DNA of 64,000 nucleotides from an uncultured Clostridia bacterium (GTDB lineage Bacteria; Bacillota; Clostridia; Christensenellales; UBA1242): NCBI GenBank assembly GCA_944350015.1, contig CALVNW010000004.1, positions 8,750 to 72,749 of the forward strand, read 5' to 3'. Shown piece by piece: positions 54,505 to 64,000 of this stretch (position 1 is its first letter; each line of letters starts with the position of its first letter). The notes under the pieces were generated by a model. It saw only the letters and a program-made list of their open reading frames with translations, ran no database searches and was not told where the DNA came from. The position numbers and the translations under genes were made by a program.

Positions 54505-56658
54505 ATGGATATTACTACAACACTTGCTCAAGAGTTTGGCTTAAAGCAAGAATACTCACAAAACATTATTAATCTCATTGACGAAGGATGCACAATCCCT
54601 TTCATTGCCAGATACAGAAAGGAGATGCACGGCACGTGTGACGACCAAACGCTCCGCTCTTTTGCCGATCGCCTTAAGTATCTTCGCAACTTAAATGACG
54701 AGAAAGCCAAAGTTGAAAAGGCAATAACCGAGCAAGGCAAGTGGACAGATGAATTAAAGGTGGCTCTTGAAAACGCAAAGACGCTTACCGAGGTTGAGGA
54801 TATTTACAGACCATACAAGCCAAAACGTAAAACAAGGGCGTCAGTCGCTATTGCTAAAGGGCTTGAAGGGCTTGCCGATATACTTCAGATGCAGTCGAAA
54901 AATTATGATGTAAGAAAAGAGGCAGAAAAGTATTTAACCGAAGAGGTCACAAGCGTTGAGGACGCACTTCAAGGGGCAAAAGACATCATTGCTGAGCGTG
55001 TTTCTGACAATGCCGAGCTTCGTAAAGAGCTCCGCGCACTGCTTGAAAATAAGGCGTTTATCAAGTGCGAGCTTGTCGAGAATGAAAATAGCCCAACATA
55101 TGAGACTTACGCCAACTTTAAACAAGAGGTTAAAACCATACCAAGCCATAGAATACTTGCTATCAATAGAGGTGAGAAAGAAAAGTGCCTTAAGGTTGAG
55201 ATAGAGGTTAACCGTGAGCTTACTATGGCGGTAATAAATAAATACTTTAAGAAGGATAACACTGACACAAACGAGCTTATCGAAGACACCCTCAATGACG
55301 CCTATGATAGATTGCTCTTCCCAGCACTTGAGCGGGAATGCCGTAGCAACTTGACAGATAGGGCGGACGAGCAGGCAATCAAGATGTTTGAGGTCAACCT
55401 TAAACCGCTTTTGATGGAAGCTCCACTTAAAAATAACATAATTTTAGGGCTAGACCCAGCCTATAGAACAGGTTGTAAGATTGCAGTTATCGACACTAAC
55501 GGCAATGTGCTTGATACAACTGTTATCTATCCAACTCCACCTCAATCAAAGACCGAGGAGTCTATTGAAAAGCTTAAAAAGCTCATAGAGAAATATAGAG
55601 TTGACGTTATCTCAATCGGCAATGGTACTGCATCAAAAGAGGCTGAAATCTTTGTTGCCGAGCTTATCAAGCACGTTTCAAGACCGGTAAGTTATGCCGT
55701 AGTATCAGAGGCTGGCGCGTCAGTCTATTCAGCATCAAAGCTTGGCGCCGAGGAGTTCCCTGACTACGACGTATCTCTTCGTAGTGCGGTATCTATTGCA
55801 AGACGCCTTCAAGACCCACTTGCCGAACTTATCAAGATTGATGTCAAGTCAATAGGCGTAGGACAGTATCAGCACGATATGCCACAAAATAGGTTGACCG
55901 AGGTGCTGACAGGCGTAGTTGAAGACTGCGTTAACTCAGTTGGCGTAGACATAAACACAGCAAGCCCATCACTACTTAGCTATGTTTCAGGGCTTAATAT
56001 GTCCATTGCAAAGAATATTGTTGCCTATAGGGCAAAGGTGAGGGGTATTAAAAATAGAAATGAGCTTTTGCAGGTGCCAAAACTAGGACCTAAAGCCTAC
56101 GAACAGTGTGCAGGTTTCCTTCGCGTTGTAGGTGGCGATGAGATACTTGATAACACCGCTGTGCATCCAGAAAGCTATGAGGCAACCCGTAAACTTTTAA
56201 AGCTGTTTGACTTAAGCGAAGAGGATGTTAAAAACGGCAACATCTCAAACCTTCCAAAACTCATAGAACTAAAAGGCGAAGAAAAGGTGGCAAAGGAGTG
56301 CGAAGTTGGTGTTCCAACGCTTGAGGATATCACCAAGGAGCTTTTAAAACCGGGTCGAGATATCCGTGAAAGTATGCCAAAACCAGTGCTTAGAAGTGAT
56401 GTTATCACACTTGAGGACTTAAAAGAAGGTATGATTTTTACAGGAACTGTAAGAAACGTTGTAGACTTTGGCGCCTTTGTAGATATCGGCGTTCACCAAG
56501 ACGGACTTGTTCATATCAGCCAAATATCTGACGCCTATATTAAGCATCCAAGCGAGGTGTTAAAGGTTGGTCAGCAAGTTGAAGTCAAGGTGCTTTCGGT
56601 TGACATACCTAAAAAGCGTATCTCTCTCACAATGAAAGGCATCGAAAAAGAAAATTAA
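54505..56658 (+). CDS. tex: Tex-like transcription accessory protein (YqgF/HhH/S1 domains)
   Basis: ...IPFIARYRKE..., ILGLDPAYRTGCKIAVID (YqgF-like), and a C-terminal S1 domain GMIFTGTVRNVVDFGAFVDIGVHQDGLVHISQ. The start codon abuts the upstream stop. Confidence 0.9.
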   Translation: MDITTTLAQEFGLKQEYSQNIINLIDEGCTIPFIARYRKEMHGTCDDQTLRSFADRLKYLRNLNDEKAKVEKAITEQGKWTDELKVALENAKTLTEVEDIYRPYKPKRKTRASVAIAKGLEGLADILQMQSKNYDVRKEAEKYLTEEVTSVEDALQGAKDIIAERVSDNAELRKELRALLENKAFIKCELVENENSPTYETYANFKQEVKTIPSHRILAINRGEKEKCLKVEIEVNRELTMAVINKYFKKDNTDTNELIEDTLNDAYDRLLFPALERECRSNLTDRADEQAIKMFEVNLKPLLMEAPLKNNIILGLDPAYRTGCKIAVIDTNGNVLDTTVIYPTPPQSKTEESIEKLKKLIEKYRVDVISIGNGTASKEAEIFVAELIKHVSRPVSYAVVSEAGASVYSASKLGAEEFPDYDVSLRSAVSIARRLQDPLAELIKIDVKSIGVGQYQHDMPQNRLTEVLTGVVEDCVNSVGVDINTASPSLLSYVSGLNMSIAKNIVAYRAKVRGIKNRNELLQVPKLGPKAYEQCAGFLRVVGGDEILDNTAVHPESYEATRKLLKLFDLSEEDVKNGNISNLPKLIELKGEEKVAKECEVGVPTLEDITKELLKPGRDIRESMPKPVLRSDVITLEDLKEGMIFTGTVRNVVDFGAFVDIGVHQDGLVHISQISDAYIKHPSEVLKVGQQVEVKVLSVDIPKKRISLTMKGIEKEN

Positions 56659-56678
56659 AAAATCAGTTATAATCTTTC

Positions 56679-56709
56679 CAAAAAGCATACTTTTAGGGTA
56701 TGCTTTTTT
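56679..56709 (+). terminator. tex terminator
   Basis: AAAAAGCATAC-ttttagg-GTATGCTTTTTT. Confidence 0.7.
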
Positions 56710-56833
56710 GGTCTTTGTTTTATTTTCGGTTATTTTCGATACAAAATTCTTGATAATTTTTATAAATTTAACCTCAATTTAATAGGAAATAGCTTTAAAT
56801 ATGATATAATATAATATATATTAAAGGTGAAAG

Positions 56834-57001
56834 ATGAGCGTTTGTCCATATTGCAACACATCATATAATGAGATTTTACAAACAGGCTTTGTAGGCTGTC
56901 AGCATTGTTATGAGCAGTTACCAGAGCTTAAAACTGCCTTAAAAAAGATGTATGGTGACAAAAAACACAAGGGTAAAAAGGTGAACAATGGAAATATTTG
57001 A
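56834..57001 (+). CDS. mcsA: 55 aa zinc-finger protein at the McsA position (mini-McsA candidate; below the ORF-track cutoff)
   Basis: MSVCPYCNTSYNEILQTGFVGCQHCYEQLPELKTALKKMYGDKKHKGKKVNNGNI. It has CxxC...CxxC plus a UVR-like helix, RBS AAAGGTG, and overlaps mcsB by 14 nt. Confidence 0.55.
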   Translation: MSVCPYCNTSYNEILQTGFVGCQHCYEQLPELKTALKKMYGDKKHKGKKVNNGNI

Positions 57002-57998
57002 TAACATTGCCATAACCTCACGCATTCGCCTTGCAAGAAATGTTGACGGCTTAAAATTTTATACTAAACTCCAAAGTGATATAGATGCACAGTATATCAC
57101 TGGCTCTGTTATGAAAACCCTTGAGGAGTTTGACGTGTTCAACTTTATGTCGCTCAAGAACCTGTCCCTTAACGAATGTAATGCCCTTTTTGAGAAGCAC
57201 CTTATAAGTAGAGAGCTTATAGAAAACAAAGATATCTCCTCAGTTGCAATCAGTGAGGACGAAAAGATAATTGTAATGATTAATGAAGAGGACCATATCC
57301 GCGAGCAGTGCCTTGAAAAAGGTTTTAATCTATACAAGCCCTATCGAAGAATAAGTAAGATAGATGATGCAATATTAAATAGTCTGCCGATAGCTTTTGA
57401 TAGCGAGCTTGGCTTTATCACAGCAAGCCCATCAAATTTAGGCACGGGTATGCGCGCCTCTGTGATGTGCTTTTTGCCAGCTTGTAAACTATGCGGTAAG
57501 ATAGACGATATCATCCAAAGAGCAAAGGAAAACGAACTGACAGTCAGGGGAATATATGGCGAGGGCAGTCGCGCTCTTGGCTACTTTTATCAAATATCCA
57601 ATCAAGGCTCACTAGGCTTAAGCGAGGATGAGATTATAGACAAGGTCAGCGAATTTATCTATGCCATCTGCCAGCAAGAGAAGGAGAACCGCGACTATCT
57701 ACTTGAGAGCGACTATGCCAGCGTTCGCGATAAGACTATGCGTGCCTATGGACAACTACTTTACTGTTATAGTTTGGAAGAAGGACAGATGCTTGAGCTT
57801 TTATCACAGGTAAAACTAGGTCAGGTGCTAGGCTTTATTGAGGTAAGCTCTGACGATAAGTTTCAAAAGCTCTATTATGAGGGAATGAGCGCAAATTTAA
57901 AAGAAATTTTTGAATTTTCTGACAAAAAAAAGGAAAATATTATAAGAGCGGAGTATATATCTAGCAAGGTGAGAGAATTAACAAAGGAGGTAAACTAG
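56988..57998 (+). CDS. mcsB: protein arginine kinase McsB (ATP:guanido phosphotransferase)
   Basis: ITSRIRLARNV, INEEDHIR and SPSNLGTGMRASV. Confidence 0.88.
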   Translation: MEIFDNIAITSRIRLARNVDGLKFYTKLQSDIDAQYITGSVMKTLEEFDVFNFMSLKNLSLNECNALFEKHLISRELIENKDISSVAISEDEKIIVMINEEDHIREQCLEKGFNLYKPYRRISKIDDAILNSLPIAFDSELGFITASPSNLGTGMRASVMCFLPACKLCGKIDDIIQRAKENELTVRGIYGEGSRALGYFYQISNQGSLGLSEDEIIDKVSEFIYAICQQEKENRDYLLESDYASVRDKTMRAYGQLLYCYSLEEGQMLELLSQVKLGQVLGFIEVSSDDKFQKLYYEGMSANLKEIFEFSDKKKENIIRAEYISSKVRELTKEVN

Positions 57999-57999
57999 A

Positions 58000-60450
58000 A
58001 TGAATTATCAATCATCAACATTTTCAGATAACATACAAAAAGTTATAAAGAATGCAAGCAAATTTGCTCTTCGATTTGGCTCAAACCTCATCGGAAGTGA
58101 GCATATTTTATATGGTCTTACAAGTGTAAAAGATTGTCTAGCCTCTAAGTTTTTGGCAGAAGAGGGGGTAACAGAGCCAAGTCTATTCGAATTTTTTGAA
58201 GAAAACGTCAGCGAAGATACAATGCTATTTTCAAATGAGGTCGAAATGACCCCAAGAACCAAAGATTTGTTTAGAATTGCTCAGCAAATAGCCCTTCAAA
58301 TGAACCATTCATTTTTAGGTACAGAGCATCTTCTTTTGGCGCTTTTGTCATCAACTGGCTCTGTCGCATACAGGATACTTGAGGGGCAATACGGCGTAGA
58401 TATTGAGAAGTTAAGAGATAAGGTCACAAAGGCGCTTATGTCTGCAAGCCCAAGCGAAGAGAAGAGCGAAAGCCAGAATAAACAGGCAGGTAGCACCTTG
58501 CCCGAGAAATTACTTGATATGGGTACAGACATCACACTCAAGGCAAAAGAGCATAAACTAGACCCAGTCATTGGCAGAGAGGAAGAGATACAAAGAGTTG
58601 TTGAAATTCTTTGCCGTAAAACTAAAAATAACCCTGTCCTTATCGGTGAGGCGGGCGTAGGAAAAACGGCGGTAGTCGAAGGGCTTGCTCAAGCTATCGT
58701 TGCTGGTGATGTGCCAGAGGTTTTAAAAGATAAGGTAATTTACGCTCTTGAAATAGGCGGACTTATGGCAGGCACCAAGTATCGTGGCTCTATGGAAGAG
58801 AAACTTAAAGATGCCATCGAAACCATCATTGCCTCTAAAAATATCATTGTCTTTATTGACGAAATTCACACTCTTGCTCAGGCAGGCTCAGAGAAAGGCG
58901 AAACCTCTCCAGCCGATATGCTAAAACCATACCTTGCAAGAGGTGAGATGCAAACAATAGGCGCAACAACGACGGACGAATATCGTAAATTTATAGAAAA
59001 AGACAAGGCTCTTGAGCGAAGATTTCAGCCAATTATGGTTAATCCGCCCTCTGTCGAGCAGACTATACAAATCTTGAAAGGGCTTAGAGATAGTTACGAG
59101 GCATTCCATAAGATTACCATTACAGACGAGGCGATAGAGTCGGCAGCCGTACTATCAGATAGGTATATCTCAGACCGTAGCCTTCCAGATAAGGCTATAG
59201 ACCTCATAGACGAGGCAAGTTCAAAAGCTAAAGTCAACTACACACTTAAGCCACAAGAGATAAGGGCGATTGAAGACAAAATCAAGTCACTTTCAGCAAG
59301 CAGAGATGAGGCAAGCCTGCAACGAAACTATGAAAAGGCAGCTAAACTTCAATCTGAGATTATCAACCTTGAAAATGACCTAAAGAAAAAAGAGGATAAA
59401 CTTGACGTCAAGAAAGAAAAGTCAAGCAAAAATTCAATAGGTGCAAACGAAATTGCCTCAGTTGTTTCAAAGTGGACGGGCATTCCTGTAACCAAGATAA
59501 CCGAAAGTGAAAAGGATAGACTAATTCACCTTGAGGATATCCTTCACAAGCGTGTTGTCGGACAAAACGAGGCAGTTGAGGCTGTAGCAAAGGCGATAAG
59601 GCGCTCTAGAGTGGGCTTGCAAGATAGCAAGCGTCCAATAGGCTCCTTCCTCTTTATGGGGCAGACGGGCGTTGGTAAAACAGAGCTATGCAAGGCAATC
59701 GCCGAGGCAATGTTTGACGATGAGAACAACATTGTCAGAATTGATATGAGCGAGTATATGGAGTCTCATAGCGTGTCAAAACTTATCGGTTCACCTCCAG
59801 GCTATGTTGGCTATGATGAAGGCGGACAACTGACCGAGCAGGTTAGACGTCACCCATATTCAGTGGTTCTTTTTGATGAGATTGAGAAGGCTCACCCAGA
59901 CGTATTAAATGCACTTTTGCAACTTCTTGACGATGGCAGACTTACCGATGGTCAGGGTAGAACGGTGTCATTTAAGAACACCATTGTGATTATGACAAGC
60001 AACCTTGGCGCAAAAGAGGTGAAAGAGCACCGCAAACAACTTGGCTTTGGCGACTATGACGATGAAGAGGAGATTGACTCAAAGAAGATTTATATGGACG
60101 CGCTTAAAAATAGGTTTAAGCCAGAATTTATAAATCGTATAGATGTCATCTGCATATTTGAGCCACTCACTCAAGATGACCTTGTCAAGATTGCTAAAAT
60201 TCTTATCAGCAACATCAATAAGCGTCTTAAAGAGAAGAATTTGTCCTTAAAGATAACAGAGGACGCACTTGAGTATGTTGTAGGCAAGGGTTCCAATTCA
60301 GAATATGGCGCAAGACCACTAAAACGATATATCCAGCAAGAGATTGAGGACCAAATAGCCGAAAAAATCTTGCTTGGACAGCTTAAAAATGAAGGCGAAA
60401 TCATAATAGACGTTGAGGACGGCAAATTGACATTCACAAATGAACAATAA
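58000..60450 (+). CDS. clpC: ATP-dependent Clp protease ATP-binding subunit ClpC
   Basis: Clp_N repeats, Walker A motifs GEAGVGKTA and GQTGVGKTE, and a UVR-like middle region. 816 aa. Confidence 0.93.
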   Translation: MNYQSSTFSDNIQKVIKNASKFALRFGSNLIGSEHILYGLTSVKDCLASKFLAEEGVTEPSLFEFFEENVSEDTMLFSNEVEMTPRTKDLFRIAQQIALQMNHSFLGTEHLLLALLSSTGSVAYRILEGQYGVDIEKLRDKVTKALMSASPSEEKSESQNKQAGSTLPEKLLDMGTDITLKAKEHKLDPVIGREEEIQRVVEILCRKTKNNPVLIGEAGVGKTAVVEGLAQAIVAGDVPEVLKDKVIYALEIGGLMAGTKYRGSMEEKLKDAIETIIASKNIIVFIDEIHTLAQAGSEKGETSPADMLKPYLARGEMQTIGATTTDEYRKFIEKDKALERRFQPIMVNPPSVEQTIQILKGLRDSYEAFHKITITDEAIESAAVLSDRYISDRSLPDKAIDLIDEASSKAKVNYTLKPQEIRAIEDKIKSLSASRDEASLQRNYEKAAKLQSEIINLENDLKKKEDKLDVKKEKSSKNSIGANEIASVVSKWTGIPVTKITESEKDRLIHLEDILHKRVVGQNEAVEAVAKAIRRSRVGLQDSKRPIGSFLFMGQTGVGKTELCKAIAEAMFDDENNIVRIDMSEYMESHSVSKLIGSPPGYVGYDEGGQLTEQVRRHPYSVVLFDEIEKAHPDVLNALLQLLDDGRLTDGQGRTVSFKNTIVIMTSNLGAKEVKEHRKQLGFGDYDDEEEIDSKKIYMDALKNRFKPEFINRIDVICIFEPLTQDDLVKIAKILISNINKRLKEKNLSLKITEDALEYVVGKGSNSEYGARPLKRYIQQEIEDQIAEKILLGQLKNEGEIIIDVEDGKLTFTNEQ

Positions 60451-60517
60451 TTTAAAATTATTCAATTTTGTTTGGAAAAATTTATTCAATTTGTTAATAT
60501 AATAGTAGGAGGATATT

Positions 60518-61054
60518 ATGAAAATAGAAATACTCGAAAGAGGCGGATACAAAGTAAGCCAAAGACTTGACAGAATTTTAAGAGAAAAGCTTGAAAGACT
60601 TTCAAAATACTTTGATGGTGAGGTTAATGTAAAGGTTGTTTGCATAAAAGTTGCAAAACAAGAAAAACTTGAAATCACAATCACAAGCAAGGGCTTAATG
60701 TATAGAAGTGAAGTTACAAGTGACAATATGTACGATAATATTGATTACGCTCTTCCAAAACTTGAAAAACAAATCGTTAGAAACAACGAAAAGAGAAAGG
60801 AAAAGAAGGCAAAAGGCTCAAAACAAGAGAACTTCTTGCCATTTGAATTTTTGGAAGAGGAGCCAGAGGAACTTCCATCCATCTACAAGAAAAAGACTTT
60901 TGACCTTGATCCTATGATGATTGACGATGCAAGATTTGCAATTGAAAGACTCGGTCACGACTTTTTCGTGTTCTTGAATGCAGAAACAGGCAAAATCAAC
61001 ATTCTTTACAGAAGAAAAGATGGCAAGTTCGGACTCATCGACTTAAATTATTAA
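60518..61054 (+). CDS. hpf: ribosome hibernation promoting factor (long form)
   Basis: MKIEI..RG..V...L......KL.RL.KYF, then a Lys-rich linker and a C-terminal dimerisation domain FFVFLNAETGKINILYRRKDGKFGLIDL. Confidence 0.88.
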   Translation: MKIEILERGGYKVSQRLDRILREKLERLSKYFDGEVNVKVVCIKVAKQEKLEITITSKGLMYRSEVTSDNMYDNIDYALPKLEKQIVRNNEKRKEKKAKGSKQENFLPFEFLEEEPEELPSIYKKKTFDLDPMMIDDARFAIERLGHDFFVFLNAETGKINILYRRKDGKFGLIDLNY

Positions 61055-61120
61055 TAAGTTTGAAACCTTGTTATCTTAAAAATGTCTTTTGCTATAACAA
61101 AGTATTGTTATCTAAATTCC

Positions 61121-61153
61121 AAAAAATCACAGACGAGATTGTCTGTGATTTTT
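61121..61153 (+). terminator. hpf terminator
   Basis: A6-TCACAGAC-gagatt-GTCTGTGA-T5. Confidence 0.7.
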
Positions 61154-61273
61154 CGTTTAAAATAAAGATTTAGAATTTATAAATTAATAGATGGATATTT
61201 AAATAAAATTTATTTTAACAACAAATTGCTTTTAAAATAAAATAATATTTAAAAAACTCAAGAGCAGTGCAGT

Positions 61274-61699
61274 TTAAAAAGATCTCTCTTCTTCTTTATC
61301 TTGAATTTTAGGTAGAACATTCTTAATAAACCTAGCAATTTCTATTTCATTACCAATGTCTACAAGAGTTTTATAGATACGCCTCATATCTTTTAAAGAA
61401 AGTTCATCGGCGTGGTATTCAGCAAATTTACACATATAGTAAGGATTTGATGAAGTTGAGATTCTTTCATAATATAACCTAAAATCTTCTTTATTAGAGC
61501 AAGAAAGCGACTTATAATAAAGCTCTTTGGCGGACATATAGATGCCTTTTAGCGGGCTAAATTCTCTTAAAATCTTTTTTGTTTTAAGGTAGGATTCATA
61601 TCGTGCGTCATCAAGTTCGTGGATATTTGAACTAGGTATTTGCTCCTCTTGTCTTTTTGTTTGAAACTCAGTCTGTGCAGTAAAAGCTGTTGTACTCAT
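61274..61699 (-). CDS. hypothetical protein
   Basis: 141 aa ORF with RBS AAAGGAG. No motif recognised. Confidence 0.45.
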   Translation of the reverse strand: MSTTAFTAQTEFQTKRQEEQIPSSNIHELDDARYESYLKTKKILREFSPLKGIYMSAKELYYKSLSCSNKEDFRLYYERISTSSNPYYMCKFAEYHADELSLKDMRRIYKTLVDIGNEIEIARFIKNVLPKIQDKEEERSF

Positions 61700-62002
61700 T
61701 TTTTATAATCTCCTTTTGTAATTATTTGTATGCAAATTAAATTAAAAATTTAATAGACAAATTTATGAATGTGAAAATAGATTATACTCATTTATTTTTA
61801 AAAGTCAATACCTTTTGAGATTAAAAATTGTCAATTTTTGTTGAAAAATGTTGTTTTTATTGAAAACTGCTTTTATATATGAGATAGTTTTATATTTATA
61901 AAAAATTATCTACAAAAAGACAATGATAAATTATGTATTTTTAGATGCAAAAAAATATGGAACATAAAAGTCCCATATTTTAATTTCAAGATTAAAAATG
62001 GC

Positions 62003-62278
62003 TTATTTAGATTCTTTCTTTAAGTCATCAAGCATCTTTGAGAAGTGAGCTTTTTTTCTGTCAGCGCTGTTTTGGTGAATAACATTGTCTCTTCCAGCTT
62101 TGTCAAGCAAAGAAGCAACGTCGTTGTATGCAACTTCAGCAACAGCAACATCTTTATTTTCAACAGCCACCTTAAACTTTTTAATATAAGTAGAGATTTT
62201 GCTCTTTACAGACTTGTTTTCAGCTGTCTTTTTCTCAATAATTTTAACTCTTTTTTCTGCTGATTTAATATTAGGCAT
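62003..62278 (-). CDS. rpsT: 30S ribosomal protein S20
   Basis: MPNIKSAEKRVKI...K.....S...T.IKK. Confidence 0.93.
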   Translation of the reverse strand: MPNIKSAEKRVKIIEKKTAENKSVKSKISTYIKKFKVAVENKDVAVAEVAYNDVASLLDKAGRDNVIHQNSADRKKAHFSKMLDDLKKESK

Positions 62279-62360
62279 AGTATTCTCCTTTAAAAATTCT
62301 AAAAAAGTATAACATATGTTGTAAATAAAATCAAGTAAAATAAATAATTTTTTTAAAATT

Positions 62361-63137
62361 ATGCAAAATAAAGTTATGTTTGATTTAATTGATGAATGCG
62401 GAAAAGATTTGCAGAGCCTTGGCTATACTATAACCAAACTTGATAGGTATGGTGTATCTTTTGGCACGCTGTCGGTAGATGATGAAGAAAAAAGCAGGTG
62501 TCTTGGAATGAAAATTGGCGATTATTTTATATTGAACGCGCCAAAGCTTTATGACTACGGCATAGATTGTCAAAGTTATATTGCCGGTATTTTGTCTAAG
62601 AAACTTGCAAGTTTTTTAAAGGACTTAAAGATAAGGCGTAAGGACAAAGTCTTAATCATAGGGCTTGGCAACCCAGATATTATGGCAGATAGGCTTGGCA
62701 AAGAGGTGTTTGACAATATCACGATTGATGCGCTAAGCAAGAGTAACAACATCTTTAAGTTTTGCCCAAACATATATTTTTCTACAGGCATTGAGACGGT
62801 TGACCTTGTTGAGATGATTGTAAAGTGTATGTATATAGACTATTGTATCATTATAGACTCGCTTACAACGAGCGAGCTTTCTAGACTTGGCACATCTTTT
62901 CAGATTACGACAAGCGGAATGACGCCGGGGAGCGGTGTCCTTCGCTTTAATAGGGCGATAGACTCGGCAAGTATGGGCGTGCCTTGTTTGTCAATCGGCG
63001 TGCCATTTATGGTGTTTGCTAGCGACCTTAAAAAGGACAGCCCAGAGGACCTAATTTTATCACCAAAAGATATTCGCCAGAATGTAGAGGTTGCCTCACT
63101 TATCATAGCCTCAGCCATAAACGAGGTGCTAAGTTGA
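62361..63137 (+). CDS. gpr: GPR-type spore germination protease (short form)
   Basis: IIGLGNPDIMADRLGKEV (cf. VGLGNxxVTPDALGP), STGIETVD, IIIDSLT, ITTSGMTPGSGV, GVPCLSIGVPF. It is divergent from rpsT, as in Bacillus. It is 258 aa, versus my recollection of about 370 aa for the canonical protein. Confidence 0.7.
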   Translation: MQNKVMFDLIDECGKDLQSLGYTITKLDRYGVSFGTLSVDDEEKSRCLGMKIGDYFILNAPKLYDYGIDCQSYIAGILSKKLASFLKDLKIRRKDKVLIIGLGNPDIMADRLGKEVFDNITIDALSKSNNIFKFCPNIYFSTGIETVDLVEMIVKCMYIDYCIIIDSLTTSELSRLGTSFQITTSGMTPGSGVLRFNRAIDSASMGVPCLSIGVPFMVFASDLKKDSPEDLILSPKDIRQNVEVASLIIASAINEVLS

Positions 63138-63685
63138 ACTATTATCTTTTCATTCCGTTTGGTATAATAGTTTTGTTTTTCTTGCCAATAAAACTTGAGG
63201 CAAGACTTTCTTTTAATGTGCTTAATTTTTCAGGCGTGATAGGTGTGTTTTTGTATAAGATTAAACTTCTTCATCAGCAGTTTTGGATTAAAGGAAAGAA
63301 GATTATAACTCAAAATGATGACGAAATTGAAACTAAGGAAATTTCTTTCAAAAGTAAGGAGATTATATTTTTAGAGACTTTCACCGATGAGATTAAAGAC
63401 AAAACAAGACTTCGCTCGATAGATGCCTTTTATAACCTTGGCGCAGGCGACGCTTTTTCCTCGGCAATGGTGGCAGGGCTTGTCAATTTTGTTATAACTT
63501 CACTTTTTACAAGTATAAAAAATCAAAAGCCAACAGCCTCACTTTCGCTTAATGATACAATCTCATATAACCGTGAGATTTGCCAGTTTGCCTTTAGACT
63601 TGTCGTCTACATCTCACTTTTTGATATTGTCTATTCATTTTTTCACTCGCTGATACTTACAAAGCGCAGGTTTAGGTTTCAATAA
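63134..63685 (+). CDS. DUF2953/YtfI-like sporulation membrane protein
   Basis: N-terminal TM segment. It sits immediately upstream of ytfJ, as in the Bacillus ytfI-ytfJ pair, and shows a 4 nt overlap with gpr. Confidence 0.45.
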   Translation: MNYYLFIPFGIIVLFFLPIKLEARLSFNVLNFSGVIGVFLYKIKLLHQQFWIKGKKIITQNDDEIETKEISFKSKEIIFLETFTDEIKDKTRLRSIDAFYNLGAGDAFSSAMVAGLVNFVITSLFTSIKNQKPTASLSLNDTISYNREICQFAFRLVVYISLFDIVYSFFHSLILTKRRFRFQ

Positions 63686-63753
63686 AAAATTTTTATAATT
63701 TTTGTATAACTTTTTTTAATTTACAAAAGATAACTTTAGTTTAAGGAGTAAAT

Positions 63754-64000
63754 ATGAAGTTTTATACAGGTAACGAAAACATAAACGGACTTATTGACAG
63801 CGCGATGGAGAAGATAAAGACTATTGTGGACTCAAGCACTATTATCGGCGAAAAGGTTGAAACCGATGACGGCACAGTCATTTTGCCAGTGTCAAAGGTC
63901 ACGGTAGGCTACGTTGTAGGAGGGGGTGAGTATGCCGACCTCTCAGCAAGACGAGTTGCAAATCATTTTCCAATGGCTGGCGGTTCAAGCGGTGGTATGA
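63754..64000 (+). CDS. ytfJ: GerW/YtfJ-family sporulation protein (3' end outside the window)
   Basis: MKFYTGNENINGLIDSAMEKIKTIVDSSTIIGEKVETDDGTVILPVSKVTVGYVVGGGEY...GGSSGGM. RBS AAGGAG. Confidence 0.75.
   Translation, partial: MKFYTGNENINGLIDSAMEKIKTIVDSSTIIGEKVETDDGTVILPVSKVTVGYVVGGGEYADLSARRVANHFPMAGGSSGGM

Overview
This is a 64 kb chromosomal segment from a low-GC Bacillota (Firmicutes) genome. It carries endospore-lineage marker genes (gpr, a DUF2953/ytfI-like gene, ytfJ). All calls rest on reading the sequence and ORF translations by eye; no database search was run.

Most of the window is housekeeping. In order: acpS (3' fragment), mazEF, tRNA-Trp, dnaD-like and dnaI-like replication genes, an M1 peptidase, groES-groEL, tadA, two CPBP proteases, rlmH, greA, RNase J, tsaE-tsaB, a split TauE pair, a ferredoxin, a Ppx-like protein, an MreB-like protein, minD and a minE-like gene, rplM-rpsI, trxB, degV, dinB, tex, a mini-mcsA with mcsB and clpC, hpf and rpsT. 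Interspersed are four very large TM-anchored envelope proteins of 1231, 1138, 1732 and 497 aa. They are built from GLUG, InlB-B/Flg_new-like, CBM-like and novel repeats.

I saw no transposase, integrase, CRISPR array or recognisable defence enzyme.

The signals most worth a second look are:
1. A family of perfectly palindromic cloverleaf-like elements, each an outer stem enclosing three hairpins. Copies lie at 255-342, 17846-17943 and 23324-23426, with a reduced copy at 28438-28509. All sit in 3' flanks of + strand genes and their stems differ between copies in a compensatory way.
2. An ORF-free 685 nt region (14076-14760). It holds five same-orientation DnaA boxes in a 23/29 nt alternating array, followed by about 10-11 nt iteron-like repeats.
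3. Long runs of helically phased A-tracts and local AT-rich tandem duplications in many intergenic spacers.
4. A tRNA-Trp-flanked islet with a HAD nucleotidase-like gene, a tandem FGase-like protein and a Fic protein whose catalytic His is replaced by Gln.
5. A two-gene operon encoding the 497 aa membrane protein and the 1732 aa protein, whose N-terminal 1000 aa consist of five unrecognised repeats of about 190 aa.
6. Several apparent pseudoenzymes (Ppx-like, MreB-like, amidohydrolase-like), a 55 aa mini-McsA without ctsR, and a Zn-ribbon protein with a poly-Asp tail.
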